Shown here piece after piece: positions 12,082-25,538 of a stretch of 64,000 nt of DNA. The notes beneath the pieces were generated by a model, which was not told the DNA's origin, did no database searches, and worked only from the letters and a program-made list of their open reading frames with translations. The translations under genes were made by a program, and so were the position numbers. The stretch is from Euglena gracilis (Eukaryota): the NCBI GenBank assembly GCA_039621445.1, contig CP154954.1, forward strand, positions 372,001-436,000, given 5' to 3'. How positions within the stretch are numbered: position 1 is the stretch's first letter; each line of letters opens with the position of its first letter.

Positions 12082-13750
12082 GTGCGGACCGAATTTAGCA
12101 TATTAGGTTATAATTCCTGAAGATTTTTACTTAGCGTTTTTTAGCTATTTGATAGTTTGAAGCCTAATTTCATATAAATTTAGAAAGTTATTTATAAAAT
12201 TTTAATTATTTTATTGCTCCGTAATTTAGCATTTGTATGTTAAATAGCAAATTTTTTGCTTGTTAAACTTTTTCGGTAATGGAAAAAACTTTGTTTGTTA
12301 CAGTATAATTTTTACTATTTTTTTTTTGAAAAAAGGGTTAACTTAAAGTTTTATGTTTTTGTTTTAGGATATTATAATTTGAATCAAAAATTTAATAAAA
12401 ATTTCTAAGTACTATTTTAATCTAAGTTTAAATATTGATTAAAAATAATTGGAAATACATAATACACTTTATATATTTTAATTTTTATTAAATTAAATGT
12501 TATTTCTTAAAAGAATCAATATTTAAAATTACCTGTAAGTTTCAAAAGAAAATAAAAATTTTTATTTTTGTTACGAGTTATAAAGATCGCTTATCTAATT
12601 TTAGATAATTTTAGTTTTGACAAAAGCTGTGTATATGTAGTAATATTTTTTCAGTTTGCGAATAAAGTATTATAATAAAGTTATACTTTAATTCATTTTA
12701 AATAATTGTAGTTGTGTTTTTCTAAGTTGTAGCTTCTCTGAATTAATTTTTTAAGATATAATAATTTGAATATCATTTCTTTGAGAATATTAAGTTTTTA
12801 ATATAAAATTTTTTGTGGTATTTATATTGCATTTTATTTTTACAAAAGTAAAAAATAATTTTAGGATTCTTTAAAGCGGTTTATTAAGGGGTAGGAAAAA
12901 ATTCAATAAAATTCTTACTTTTTAATTGCGATTGTTTTGTATTGTTAATATTGGAATTTTAACTGGTATTCCGTTTTTAAGAAGTATAAGGCATTTTTTA
13001 TTATCTTAGTATCGTGTTAGCTTGTTGATAGTTTGAAGGCAGCTTGCTTACCTGTACGAGGAAAAAGTTGGAGATTTAACGAACAATTTTATATTTTTTA
13101 TTGACATTGCTCGATAAATTAGTGCGATTGTATGGTTTAAATATCCAACTTTATTTTCATACTTCTAGATTCGCAAACTGAAAAAAATATTACTACATAT
13201 ACACAGCCTTTTGTCAAACTAAAATTATCTAAATTAGATAAGCGATCTTTATAACTCGTAACAAAAATAAAAATTTTTATTTTCTTTTGAAACTTACAGG
13301 TAATTTTAAATATTGATTCTTTTAAGAAATAACATTTAATTTAATAAAAATTAAAATATATAAAAAATATTATGTATTTCCAATTATTTTTAATCAATAT
13401 TTAAACTTAGATTAAAATAGTACTTAGAAATTTTTATTAAATTTTTGATTCAAATTATAATATCCTAAAACAAAAACATAAAACTTTAAGTTAACCCTTT
13501 TTTCAAAAAAAAAATAGTAAAAATTATACTGTAACAAACAAAGTTTTTTCCATTACCGAAAAAGTTTAACAAGCAAAAAATTTGCTATTTAACATACAAA
13601 TGCTAAATTACGGAGCAATAAAATAATTAAAATTTTATAAATAACTTTCTAAATTTATATGAAATTAGGCTTCAAACTATCAAATAGCTAAAAAACGCTA
13701 AGTAAAAATCTTCAGGAATTATAACCTAATATGCTAAATTCGGTCCGCAC

Positions 13751-13773
13751 AACCAATCGTAAACTCGACTCAT
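13751..13773 (-). CDS. petB: Cytochrome b6 exon 1, mirror copy
   Basis: Reverse complement of 12059..12081. Confidence 0.8.
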
Positions 13774-14037
13774 AAAAAGAGAAACTTATCAAACAAGAAT
13801 TAAAATTTCAAGTATGCATTATAAAGATAAAAGAATTCATTATACCTAACTTCATGCAATATAAATACACAAAAAATTTTATATTAAAAACTTAAAATTC
13901 TCAAATATATACGAATATAAATAAAACACATTAAATCAAAACCAACAATTTTCGAATTGGAATAAAAATTCTTTAATTTTAAAAAGTCAGCCAAAAATAA
14001 TATACTAAAATAAAAGTAATATAAATTTTTATTTAAA

Positions 14038-14165
14038 ATAATATCATTTTATCAACTATTTTTTTAGGTTTTTTTATTATAAGTACAACAATATACTCAA
14101 TTTACATGGGATTTGGTCCAATGTCAAGAAAACTTAAAGATCCTTTTGAAGAACATGAAAATTAA
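14038..14165 (+). CDS. psbN: PsbN, mirror copy (1-nt shorter T run near 5' end)
   Basis: GFGPMSRKLKDPFEEHEN*. Confidence 0.8.
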
Positions 14166-14216
14166 AATAAAATAGGTAATTTCAAAAGAAAGTTAAAAAT
14201 TATTAAATTTAATATT

Positions 14217-14429
14217 ATGACAACTATTTCAAAAAACAAAACATCAAATTCTAAAGGTAAAACAACTACTTTAGGAACAATATTAAAACCTTTAAATTCT
14301 AAATATGGAAAAGTTCTTCCTGGCTGGGGGACAGCTGGAATAATGTTAATTTTTATGACTTTATTCGCAATTTTTTTAACAATAATTTTAGAAATATACA
14401 ACTCTTCAGTAATTCTTGACATTAAATAA
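14217..14429 (+). CDS. psbH: Photosystem II protein H, intact mirror copy
   Basis: [23 protein letters not shown]...[11 protein letters not shown]. Confidence 0.96.
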   Translation: MTTISKNKTSNSKGKTTTLGTILKPLNSKYGKVLPGWGTAGIMLIFMTLFAIFLTIILEIYNSSVILDIK

Positions 14430-14574
14430 AATGAAATAAATAACAAATTAAAACTGTTGTGAAAATTTCATTTTATTTATTTTTTATTTCTTTTTCTTTT
14501 TAAAATTTTTATTAACTTTTTTATAAGTTAATAAAAATTAAATCACATCGAAAATTGAAAGATAATAAGAATAA

Positions 14575-16022
14575 TTATTTATTAATACGTGGAGATTCAC
14601 GGAAAAAAATAGCAAAAAAAATAACGCCTAAAGTACCTATCAATAGTTAAGTAAGGAAACCCTCCTAAAAGAACTTTACAAGTATTATACTATTACACAA
14701 AGCTCAAATATAAATTTTTAAAATAAAATAATATTAACAACTATTCTAGTAGTTAAAATCCTCATATATTTTAAATATATATAATACGTTTTATAAACTT
14801 CAAAAATATTTATGAAAATTAAAAATTATATAAAACTCAATGTAAAAAAAAAGACTAAAAATAAAAAATAATTGTCACCAAACTATGCTTGATATGTATA
14901 TCACAAAGCTTTATAAATACACTAGAAATTTCTAAAAAAATAAAATTAATATAATTCGTATTGAAGAAAAATTACATATTTAAACAATTATAATTGATTT
15001 CGTTGAAAAAAATGAAAAAAACACTAATAAAGATTAAGTAATTACAGTAAAATAAAATTATACTAAAAGACCTAACAGAACTGCATTAAAAAGGAAAACG
15101 ACTACAGTAAAAAAATAATTTACAAAAAATACAAATTTTTCATAAATTTTATTGAAACTTCAAAATTTCAAAACATATCAATATTATCAACAAAAAAAAG
15201 CAATAAAATAATATTTACAACAAAAAATAATCAATCCAAAAAAAATCATCCTTAATTAAAATAAAAACAGTAAAATCAAATATAAGGTAAAAAAAATTCC
15301 CTAAAGAACCGGACAAGCTAATTCCTAAGCATCTGGCTCACCCAAAAAACTAAAATCATCAAAAGAATAAAGATAAAAAATCTTTACCCGCCTGAAATGA
15401 TATCGTGGACAATCCAAGATTAATAAAAAATTATCGATCAATTAAAATAACCATAAAAGTAATTATATGATACCTTTAATAAAAATTATATTTTTCAGAA
15501 ATCGTTTCTATCCCAAATCATCTTAATAAAAATTAATTCAAAAATAAAAGAATTAAATGTAATTACAATTTCCTCGACAAAAAGATATAACAACCGTGTA
15601 AAAGAACAAAAAAAAAAAAGCACTTAAAAATAATTATTACATTAAAATATCGAAATTAAAAATTACAAAATAGTAAAAATTTCCTTTTCTACTAAATTAA
15701 AATAAAAAAAATACGAAAAAATCAAATCAAAATAATAAAATATAAATTCACTACCAAACTATAAAATCTATAAAATTAGTTTTAATTGCTTAAAGTATAA
15801 AAACTCCATAAATTAAGTAAAGTAATATGCAAAAATACAAAATTAAAACATATAATCTTGTTTTGTCCTAGGTAAACCGCACAAAAATATACCCCACAAA
15901 AAATTTAATAAAGGCGTTTATGAAAAGTCTTAATCCACCCTTTTATTAATTTAAATTTAATTACCTAAAGTAAAAAGAATACAACTTCGTAGCACACAGA
16001 ATGTATAAACTAAAGCTTCCAT
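14575..16022 (-). CDS. psbT: Photosystem II protein T, mirror copy
   Basis: Reverse complement of 9813..11257. Confidence 0.9.
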
Positions 16023-16085
16023 AAAAATAAAAAATTTTCACAACTTTGCACATTTCCTAAAACAAATTTACTAATTAAATAATAA

Positions 16086-19000
16086 TTAAACTAATTCTTT
16101 CTTAGTTGTATCATCACCTAATTTTTCAAAAGTACCAAATTCAATCTCTTCCTCCAAATCAGGGTCAATACCAGCAAGCAAATATTTAAATAAAGTTCTT
16201 GCCCCATGCCAAATATGCCCAAAAAAGAAAATTAAAGCAAAAGACAAATGACCAAAAGTAAACCAGCCTCTTGGACTACTTCTAAAAACACCATCAGACT
16301 GTAAAATAGAACGATTAAAGTCAAAAATTTCTCCAAGCTGAGCACGTCGTGCATATCTTTTCACAGTAGCAGGATCATTAAAACTTAAAGTATCGAAACT
16401 ACCACCGAAGAAACGAACAGTAACGCCTACTTGTTCAATACTATATTTAGACTCAGCACGACGAAACGGAATATCGGCACGAACAACACCATTTTGATCT
16501 AATAATATTACTGGAAACGTTTCAAAAAAAGTAGGCATACGACGAACAAACAATGAATTACCTTCCTTATCAATAAATACTGCATGACCTAACCATGCAG
16601 TCGCTATACCATCACCATTATTCATAGGACCAGAACGAAATAATCCACCTTTTGCTGGATTATTCCCAATATAATCATAAAAAGCTAACTTAGGCGAAAT
16701 AGCACCCCAAGCTTCTGACAAAGAACAACCATCAGATAAACTAGCTTGAACACGTCTTTCTATTTCTTCCTGAAAATAACCTTTATCCCATTGGTATCGA
16801 GTAGGACCAAATAGCTCAATAGGTGTAGAAGCAGAACCGTACCACATAGTGCCTGAAACAACAAATGCAGACCAAAAAACCGCAGCTATACTACTAGAAA
16901 GAACAGTTTCAATATTCCCCATACGTAAAAGTACAAACAAGCGTTGAGAAGGGCGAACTAAAACATGAAATCCACCAGCAATAAGTCCTAAAAGACCTGC
17001 AGCAATATGATGCCTTGATAGAAAATAAATTATTATATTTCCTCAAAAAAACCGTGCATGCAAAATAAAAATGCACACGGCTTTAATTAATAATAAAATT
17101 ATTAATCAATTTTTCCTAATACTAAATTTAGGACAAATTTTAAAGATTTAAAAATACCTAAACAAATAAGTTATTTTTAAATCTTTAACTCAACTTTTTT
17201 TACAAAATATTCGTAAATACTAAACTTAGGAAAAAATTTCGAATCAAAGTGTAAAAAAAAATTTTGGAAAAAAATACAATTAATTAGTTATTATTTTCAT
17301 ACACAAAAAATAAAAATTACAATAACAAAATAAAATAAAATAAATTTTATGCTTCTTTAACAGCCAAACTCTCACAAAACTGTAAAAAAAGTTTTTATCA
17401 AGAATATTAATAAACTGCAAATATTATTGCAAAAAATATAACTAACCTAAAACAAAAATGGCTATTTAGTAAAAAAATCTACCTGGCTTTTTATTACTAA
17501 AAATTAAAAATTGAATAAAAGGTATTAAAGTAAGAAAAAGTTAAAAACTTTTAACTCATAAGTATGAACTTTTACAACTCGCAAAGAAGCAATTCCACCT
17601 ACATTATACGGATCAAAACCTTCAGCACCCCAAGAAGGAATAACAGGTTCAATTTGCAAGAATAGATTAAAAATCTTTCATCCGAAATTAAATATGAAAT
17701 TTTTAAATCATTTAACTACTCACTTATAAAGTACTTGTATTTTAACAAATACTTATATATCAAAATATAATTTTGATACTTTTATAAGTGTGATTTAAGT
17801 CAATAAAAATTAATAAAAAATTTTTCCGTTTAAATCATCCCCTCTAAAAAAGTTAAAAATAGACATATCAAAAAATGTCAAAGATAGAAACTAAATTATT
17901 TCGTTGCTTTTTGTTGCTAAATGAAATTCTTGAGGACACACTTATCCACAATTTTGCTAAAAAATTAATCTTATTAGAAGAAAAATTAAAAATTATACAA
18001 AATTTAATTAGAAAATATATAACTATGGCATAGCCAATATTTAGATTATCTATCCAAAAATCGTTAATTTTTTACAGTTAAAAAATTAAATAAGTTATCG
18101 TTCTTATTGATAACGCAATAATTTCAATAAAATAAAAGGTTTTTCACCTAATTGAACAAAAATTTCATAAAAAATCTCTTAACGATATAAAATTATTAAA
18201 AGAACATTAAAAACGAATCGCACTCCCACTTAAACCATAAGGATCAGAAACCCAAATACCAGGACCAAAAACACCCGTAACATGGAAAACTCCAAAAGCT
18301 AAACATAATGCTCCAGACAAGAATAAATGAACTCCAAATACTCTAGGTAAATCTAACTTTAACTCACCACTAGCTGGATCACGAAATAAATCAAGGTCCC
18401 AATAAACCCAATGCCAAATAGCAGCTAAAAATAAAAGACCCGATAAAATTATATGTGCTACCGCTACACCTTCGTAACTCCAAATTCCTGGATCCGAAAA
18501 AGATTCCCCTGTAACACTCCAAGCACCCCAAGATTTTGTTACCCCTAAACGTGTCATAAAAGGAAGAACAAACATTCCTTGGCGCCACATAGGATTTAGC
18601 GCAACATCAGAAGGATCAAAAATAGCAAGTTCATATAAGGCCATAGATCCAGCCCATCCTGAAACTAATGCAGTATGCATTAAATGAACAGAAATCAAAC
18701 GACCTGGATCATTAAGAACAACAGTATGTAAAACAAATATTTTTAAAAATTTTATTAAAAAATCAAAAAATAAACTATAAGGAAATTTTTAAAACTATAA
18801 ATATCATTTATAAGTAAAAAACTAAAAATCACAACACGATACCAAGGCAGGTAAAATCAACTTTAATAATTAAAAAGTTTTTTATCCGAAACCGTACTTG
18901 TTAATTCAATAACATACGGCTACTCAATTATATAATCTTAAAAGATTAGAAAACGCAAAAAATACTTAAAATAACTTAGATATAATTCTGATTAAAAAAT

Positions 19001-19358
19001 CATCCTTATAAAATTTAATATATATTTTTCGTTTTTTTTATCCGCTTTATTATTCTTTTAATGAAATGATCATTCATTTATTAATAACAAAAATAAATTA
19101 GAGGAATAAATAAATTATTTTTTAATAAAACATGGAAACAAATAACAAAAACTACAAAATGATCGTATAAACATTTCCTACTAAAGTTCCAAATTATTTT
19201 TCTTTATAAACATAAGAAAATTTAAAGATAAAAAAATTCTTTCGATAATAAAAACTAAACTACTAAAATATCGGAAAATTAAGAGTAAAAATTTAATTTA
19301 CATGGACAAAAAATTTTTTTAAAAATAAGATCCAAATTTTACGAATCGCACATCCCAT
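16086..19358 (-). CDS. psbB: Photosystem II CP47, mirror copy
   Basis: ORFs 16086..16940 and 18207..18698 identical to the left-arm exons. Confidence 0.95.
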
Positions 19359-19418
19359 AGTATATTAAAAATATCATAAAAATTAAAAATTAACTTTCTA
19401 TAAAGACAAAAAGTTAAA

Positions 19419-19491
19419 AGCGGGTAACGTGATTCGAACACGCGACATTGGACTTGGAAGGACCACGCTCTACCAACTGAGCTATACCCGC
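19419..19491 (-). tRNA. trnG: tRNA-Gly(UCC), mirror
   Basis: Reverse complement of 6343..6415. Confidence 0.93.
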
Positions 19492-19497
19492 ATAAAT

Positions 19498-19570
19498 TAC
19501 CCCCAGGGGAATTCGAATCCCCGTTGCCTCCGTGAAAGGGAGATGTCCTAGGCCTCTAGACGATGGGGGC
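19498..19570 (-). tRNA. trnE: tRNA-Glu(UUC), mirror
   Basis: Reverse complement of 6264..6336. Confidence 0.93.
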
Positions 19571-19597
19571 AAATTTAAGATAAAGAAAAAAAATAAA

Positions 19598-19670
19598 CGC
19601 GCTCTGTAGGATTCGAACCTACTACATCAGGTTTTGGAGACCTACGTTCTACCAATTGAACTAAAAGCGC
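19598..19670 (-). tRNA. trnW: tRNA-Trp(CCA), mirror
   Basis: Reverse complement of 6164..6236. Confidence 0.93.
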
Positions 19671-19674
19671 AGTT

Positions 19675-19746
19675 TGGCTCAGACAAGATTTGAACCTGTG
19701 ACCAAGGGCTTATGAATCCCCTGCTCTACCTCTGAGCTACTGAGCC
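19675..19746 (-). tRNA. trnM: tRNA-Met(CAU), mirror
   Basis: Reverse complement of 6088..6159. Confidence 0.9.
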
Positions 19747-19761
19747 TAAAAATTAATAGAT

Positions 19762-19833
19762 GGTGAATGACGGGGATCGAACCCGCGAATGAAGGAGTCA
19801 CAGTCCTTTGCCTTACCACTTGGCTACACCCAC
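19762..19833 (-). tRNA. trnH: tRNA-His(GUG), mirror
   Basis: Reverse complement of 6001..6072. Confidence 0.93.
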
Positions 19834-19898
19834 CTATAAAAAATATAATAAAAATTTATTATAACTCGAAAACTGTCTGATTAAATATAAAAATATTT

Positions 19899-19980
19899 TG
19901 AGTCGTGCTGGATTCGAACCAGCGAAAGATGAACTAGCGGATTTACAATCCGCCCCCATTAACCACTCGGGCAACAACTC
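19899..19980 (-). tRNA. trnY: tRNA-Tyr(GUA), mirror
   Basis: Reverse complement of 5854..5935. Confidence 0.93.
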
Positions 19981-20056
19981 GCAATTAGATGTTAAACAAC
20001 AAAAACAATTAACATAGAAAAAGTTATTTAAGATCAAAAAAAATATAGATAAAACT

Positions 20057-20674
20057 ATGTCAAGATATAGAGGACCACGATTGCGAATAGTTCGTAGAAT
20101 AGGAAAACTTCCAAGTCTTACAAATAAAACATCAAAGAAAAGAAAATCCCCAGGGCAACCAGCAACATCCTTTAAAAGGAAAAAAAAAATATCAAAATAT
20201 AACATAAGATTAAAAGAAAAACAAAAACTGCGATTTAACTACGGAATAACCGAAAGACAACTTCTAAATTATGTAAAAAAATCTAGGAAAAAAAAAGGAT
20301 CATCCGGAAGATTTTTGCTAACTTTTTTGGAAATGAGATTAGATAATATTGTACATCGAATAGGTTTTGCACCTACAATAATGGCTGCAAAACAACTAAT
20401 AAATCATGGTCACATTTGTGTAGATGACAAAGTTATCAATATACCTAGTTTTATTTGCCAACCAAAAAGTATTATAAAACCTAAAAAAAGTACTGTATCA
20501 GAAAATGTCATACAAAAAAAAATAGAATCTAAAGAATTACTATTAATACCACCACATTTATCTCTTAACAAAAAAAACTTAGAAGCAAAAATTATTGGTT
20601 TAATCAATAGAAAAGCGATATCGTTAATAGTTAATGAACTTTTAGTAATCGAATTCTATTCACGCAAGGTCTAA
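20057..20674 (+). CDS. rps4: Ribosomal protein S4, mirror
   Basis: ORF identical except one N->K change in an A run. Confidence 0.97.
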   Translation: MSRYRGPRLRIVRRIGKLPSLTNKTSKKRKSPGQPATSFKRKKKISKYNIRLKEKQKLRFNYGITERQLLNYVKKSRKKKGSSGRFLLTFLEMRLDNIVHRIGFAPTIMAAKQLINHGHICVDDKVINIPSFICQPKSIIKPKKSTVSENVIQKKIESKELLLIPPHLSLNKKNLEAKIIGLINRKAISLIVNELLVIEFYSRKV

Positions 20675-20797
20675 TTATAAATTAATTTATAGGGAAAATT
20701 GTGAATAATATAAAAAATGAAATAAATATTAAAAACTCAAGGAAATCATGCTTTTTGCAAATTTTGTTCTTAAAAAGAAATATTTATTTATAAAAAA

Positions 20798-21392
20798 ATG
20801 ATAAAACAAAAAAAAAAATAATCAAAATAACAAAAAAAAAATTTCCAAAAGGAATTGTCCATATTATGGGATTAAACTTACATGCAATCAAAAATTAATA
20901 GTATATAATGTAATATAAAGTTATTATAATTTTTATCTTTAAAAAAAAGCATTTAAAAATCAATATCTTAAAAAAACAACTTATAATAATGAAGCGATTT
21001 AATATTAAAAAAATTATACAAAAATCATCACAATAAAACTAAAAAAAATTTTCCTTTATATTAAATAATAGAAAATACATCTAATTAAATTCTTAGTTTC
21101 GGTAAGTGATCCAAAAGGAAATGTAATCGCTTGGTCATCTTCAGGAGCATGCGGTTTTAAAAGCTCGAAAAAGGCTACACCGTTAGCTACAAAGACAACT
21201 ACTGCAATTGCCGTTAAGAAAGCTATAGAACAAGGACTTCAAAAAGTTGAGATAAACATTAGTGGACCTGGAACCGGACGAGAAACAGCTTTAAAATGCG
21301 TACAAAGTTTAGGTCTACGCATAAGTTGCATAAGAGATGTCACTCCCTTACCACATAATGGATGTCGACCTAGCAAGAGACGTAGAATATAA
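20798..21392 (+). CDS. rps11: Ribosomal protein S11, mirror (A run 1 nt short near start)
   Basis: Reverse complement of 4440..5036. Confidence 0.9.
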
Positions 21393-21463
21393 AATAACAA
21401 AATTTATTTAACACGTTTTAAAATAAATAAAAAACAATATTAACATTTATTAATATTGATAAA

Positions 21464-21547
21464 GCAGGCATGGCGGAATTTGGTAGACGCGCAGGATTTA
21501 GGTTCCTGTGTCTTTATGATGTGAGAGTTCGAGTCTCTCTGCCTGTA
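21464..21547 (+). tRNA. trnL: tRNA-Leu(UAG), mirror
   Basis: GCAGGCATGGCGGAATTTGGTAGACGCG... Confidence 0.93.
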
Positions 21548-21592
21548 TTAAAAATTAAATGATCATAAAAAATAACGAAATTACTAATCAAT

Positions 21593-21666
21593 CGGGCAAG
21601 AAGGGATTCGAACCCCTGACTCCGTAGTTCGTAGCCACGTGCTCTAGTCCACTGAGCTACAAGCCC
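21593..21666 (-). tRNA. trnR: tRNA-Arg(ACG), mirror
   Basis: Reverse complement of 4167..4240. Confidence 0.93.
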
Positions 21667-21669
21667 TTA

Positions 21670-21741
21670 CTCCTTAAGTAGGATTCGAACCTACGACCGA
21701 TCGGTTAACAGCCGATTGCTCTACCACTGAGCTATTAAGGA
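21670..21741 (-). tRNA. trnN: tRNA-Asn(GUU), mirror
   Basis: Reverse complement of 4092..4163. Confidence 0.93.
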
Positions 21742-21757
21742 TAAAGTAAATAACCTT

Positions 21758-21830
21758 TGAGGGCAAACGGATTCGAACCGCTGACATTCTGCTTGTAAGG
21801 CAGACGCTCTACCAACTGAGCTATACCCCC
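21758..21830 (-). tRNA. trnV: tRNA-Val(UAC), mirror
   Basis: Reverse complement of 4003..4075. Confidence 0.93.
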
Positions 21831-21860
21831 AGTTACTCAAATTATAGTAAATTTTGCTAA

Positions 21861-24800
21861 TTAATTTTTAAAACCAGTACCTGCGGGAATAATATTTCCT
21901 AAAACTAAATTTTCTTTTAACCCAGATAACCAATCAGCTCTTCCTTGTAAAGCAGCTTTTGTTAAAACTCTAGTAGTTTCTTGAAAACTCGCTTGAGCTA
22001 TAAAACTTTGACTAGATAGAGAAAAACGAGTCAATCCCATAATTATAGGCTCATAAACAATACTATTTACTAGTCTTTTATTTAATACCTCTACTAAATT
22101 AAGATCTAAAAAATCCCCTACCATAAAGCTAGAATCACCTGGATTAGTAACAATCACTTTTGACGTTATTTGTTTAACAATAAGTTCAATATGTTTATCC
22201 GCTATTTTGACACCCTGAGATTTATAAACAGTCTGAACACCATCTATTAAATATTTTTGTATTACCTCAAAACTTTTTCGCGCAGCTACAAGATTCTCAT
22301 AATCATCTAAAAAAGTAAAAAAAGACTCCGTCAATATATCATGAGGGTTATTTATTATTTCTTTAACGAAGAAGTCATTCGAGCTTCTAACAATTTTTCT
22401 ACTTTAGGCAATCCTTGAACTATATCATAAGTTTTTTCTCGGACAAAATTAACGCGATATAATAATTGGTTCTTTCTTATAAAAGGTTTATCTTCTATTC
22501 TCATCAATGTATCATCATTAGTCGAAAAAGGCATTACTTTTCGAAAAATCGAAAACTCTTTTCTTTCTTGTATTATTTGAGAAGAATGAAGAAGCTTAAA
22601 ATTACTAATTATTTGACCCGTTTTAAGAAAACATCCAATTTTAAAATTACCAAAAATACGCTTTTGTTTTTTAAGATTTCGAAGCATTATAACCTTATCT
22701 TGATCAAGTATACATGTAATAATATGTGAACTTCTTTTTTTTAAAACTTTCGATTTATCAACTAAACTATTAACGTTCCTAATGTTAATAAATAATTTAC
22801 CAAATTTACGAGGAAAAAGTTCTTTCTTCCTGTTAACAAATAATTCTTTTTTATGAACATTTGTAGTAGGACAAATTAATTTATTTTTAAAAGAAAATTT
22901 CTTTGTCAAATGAAAAAATAAAGAAGTAAAACTCATAATAATAGAACTTATTATCCAAAATATTTTTCCAAATTGCTTCGAATTAATTTGAGGGAAAAAG
23001 ATTTGACCAGAAATTTTTGCCTTAACATCTCGAATTTCCTCAATACCAAAAACGTCATTTTTCAAGTTAGAATTTACAGATTCTCCTATTATTTGCTTAT
23101 CAAATATTTTTCTTCCTGGCTTAACATATAAAAGCGTACTAGAAGGTAAAAACATAATAGATTTACTAACGTCATTTTCGTAAATCACAATTTTTTTTTC
23201 TTGCAAAGTTAAAAAAGCTTTTTCCTTAAATTTATTATAAACTCTTCTTAACCCTGTAGTTAAAGTTGACCTATAAAAATCACTTTTACGAAGTCATACT
23301 TGATATATTATATCATACGACTACTCAATTATAATTGTGATTAATTTAATGGCTAATACTTCATATTTATTTTATAATTGCGATCTATAAATTTAAATAC
23401 TAATAATAAACATCCCCTAACCCCAAACTAATTTTAATCGTTCCTTCTATTTTAAAACATCGTTTTTTAGAACATGTTTTATCAAATAAAGTTTAAAATT
23501 ATAAATTTTATTAGAAAAACCATTTATTCTCACTCTATTTACTAAAAAAATACGTAACAAAATATAAACAACATTTTGTTTATCTATTCTGCAAAATTGA
23601 TTTCAATTATAAAAAAATAAACTTACAATATAAATCAATTTAAAAAACTTTAAGTTACTATCTATAACAAGTAATAAATATAAAAATTGTAATACAATAA
23701 CAAAGACAATTAGTCTAAAATAGAAAGTTTAATTCTGCCATTAAATATTGTAAAATTAAAAACGATACACACTTCAAATCGTACCATATTTTTCCATTTA
23801 AAGGAGATGTTATAACTTCTTTTGCCTTTGCAGAAAAAACACCACCCGTATGAAAAGTTCGCATTGTTAATTGCGTACCAGGCTCACCTATTGATTGAGC
23901 AGCTAAAATTCCTACACATTCACCAAGTTCTACCATTTTGCCACAGGCTAAATTCCAACCATAGCATATTTGGCATATGCCTTCCATTAATACACAATTA
24001 AAAGGTGTACGAATATAAACCTCGGGAAAATTAATAATTTTTTTAAACGTATAGACTGAAAGTTAATATTTAATAAAAATATTTCTCATTCGAAACCGAG
24101 CATGAAAATTCTTTTTCACTCGGCTACCTAAAAATCATAAACTTTTTATGATATTTAAGAAATATATCAGCATATGCCGGTGATTACACCTACTACTTTT
24201 CATAGAGTATTTTAAACGTTTTTATAACATCGTTCAGACCTTTTGCTTCATATTCCATCCTTATAAATAAAAATTCAATTCGTTTATACCATAACTACTA
24301 TACATAAAAGGTATGTTTTAAAATGGCTCCTAATATAACTCCCCCTTAATTTTCAATAACAAAGTGTAATAAAATATTATAAAAAAAGTTGAAGCTTTTT
24401 AGTTTCTTAATTTTCTGTAAACCATATAAAATTACTATTTCAAATACTTTTAATACTTTGAAATTTTAATCCTGTTTTTTTATTCTAATAAAAAGGAAAT
24501 TATGTTTAATAACAATGATCTGTATATTATTAGAATTTCGCTAATTTTAAAGTATAATAATCTTAGATAAAAATTAATATAAAAGAATTTGCCACATTCC
24601 TTAAATTTTAAAATTTTTGTAGCTCGAACCACACATTACAAATATCTTGACCAGCACTAACTAAAATATCACCTGTTTTGGCATTAACAATAGTTTTTGC
24701 TAATACTCTACCAATTAATTTTTCCTTCAAAAACTTTAGTTCTTCTTTATCTTGGTTTTGTAGTAATACGCACGTATTATATTTTGTAAAACAATCCGAC

Positions 24801-25447
24801 CTTTTTACAATTAAGTTTTGTGCTGTATAAATCATTCGTCTAGTTAAATACCCAGCATTAGCTGTTTTTAAAGCAGTATCAATTAAGCCTTTTCTAGCAC
24901 CGTAACAAGAAACAAAATATTCAGTAATATTTAAACCTTCTTTAAAATTAGTTTTTATTGGAAAAGGAATTACATTACCCTGAGAATCGGACATTAGTCC
25001 TCGCATACCTATCAATTGTTTCACCTGTGTAATACTACCCCTTGCACCTGACAAAGTCATAGAATACAAAGGATTCAAAAAGTCGGATTGTCTCAAATTA
25101 TTAATAGATTCTTTCTTCAAATTTTCATTAACGACATTCCAAATATCCCTTTCTTCATCCAAAACATTAATGAAATTTATCATACCATTTTTATATCGAT
25201 TTCTCGTTTTAAATAAAATTTTTTCAGAACTTTTAACCAAATTTGCTTTTGAAGAAGGAATTTTAAGATCTCCAAGTCCTAATGATAATCCAGTGGTTGT
25301 TGCATAGGTAAAACCAAAATTTTTCATTTTATCCAATAACTCTTTTGTTCGGATACTACCATAATTTGACAAAAACCAGCTAATTAAATTTCTAATTTCA
25401 TTTTTATCAAAAACTCTATTAAAACATACTATATTTCCGAAATTCAT
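21861..25447 (-). CDS. rpoC2: RNA polymerase beta'' subunit, mirror (1-nt deletion near 22362 splits exon 3)
   Basis: ORFs 24608..25447, 23715..23987, 22355..23206, 21861..22334. Confidence 0.94.
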
Positions 25448-25538
25448 AATTAAAATAATAATTTAACAAACTTATTGAAATAAATCAATAAAATAATAAA
25501 CTTTAAAACTACTTAGCTCATACAAAAAATTAAAGTAT

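Noticed and set aside
21861-23206. Split rpoC2 (and frameshifted psbH, rpoA, rps8, atpI) as pseudogenes or programmed frameshifts
   Set aside because: Each is intact in the opposite arm and differs by one base in a homopolymer or short run
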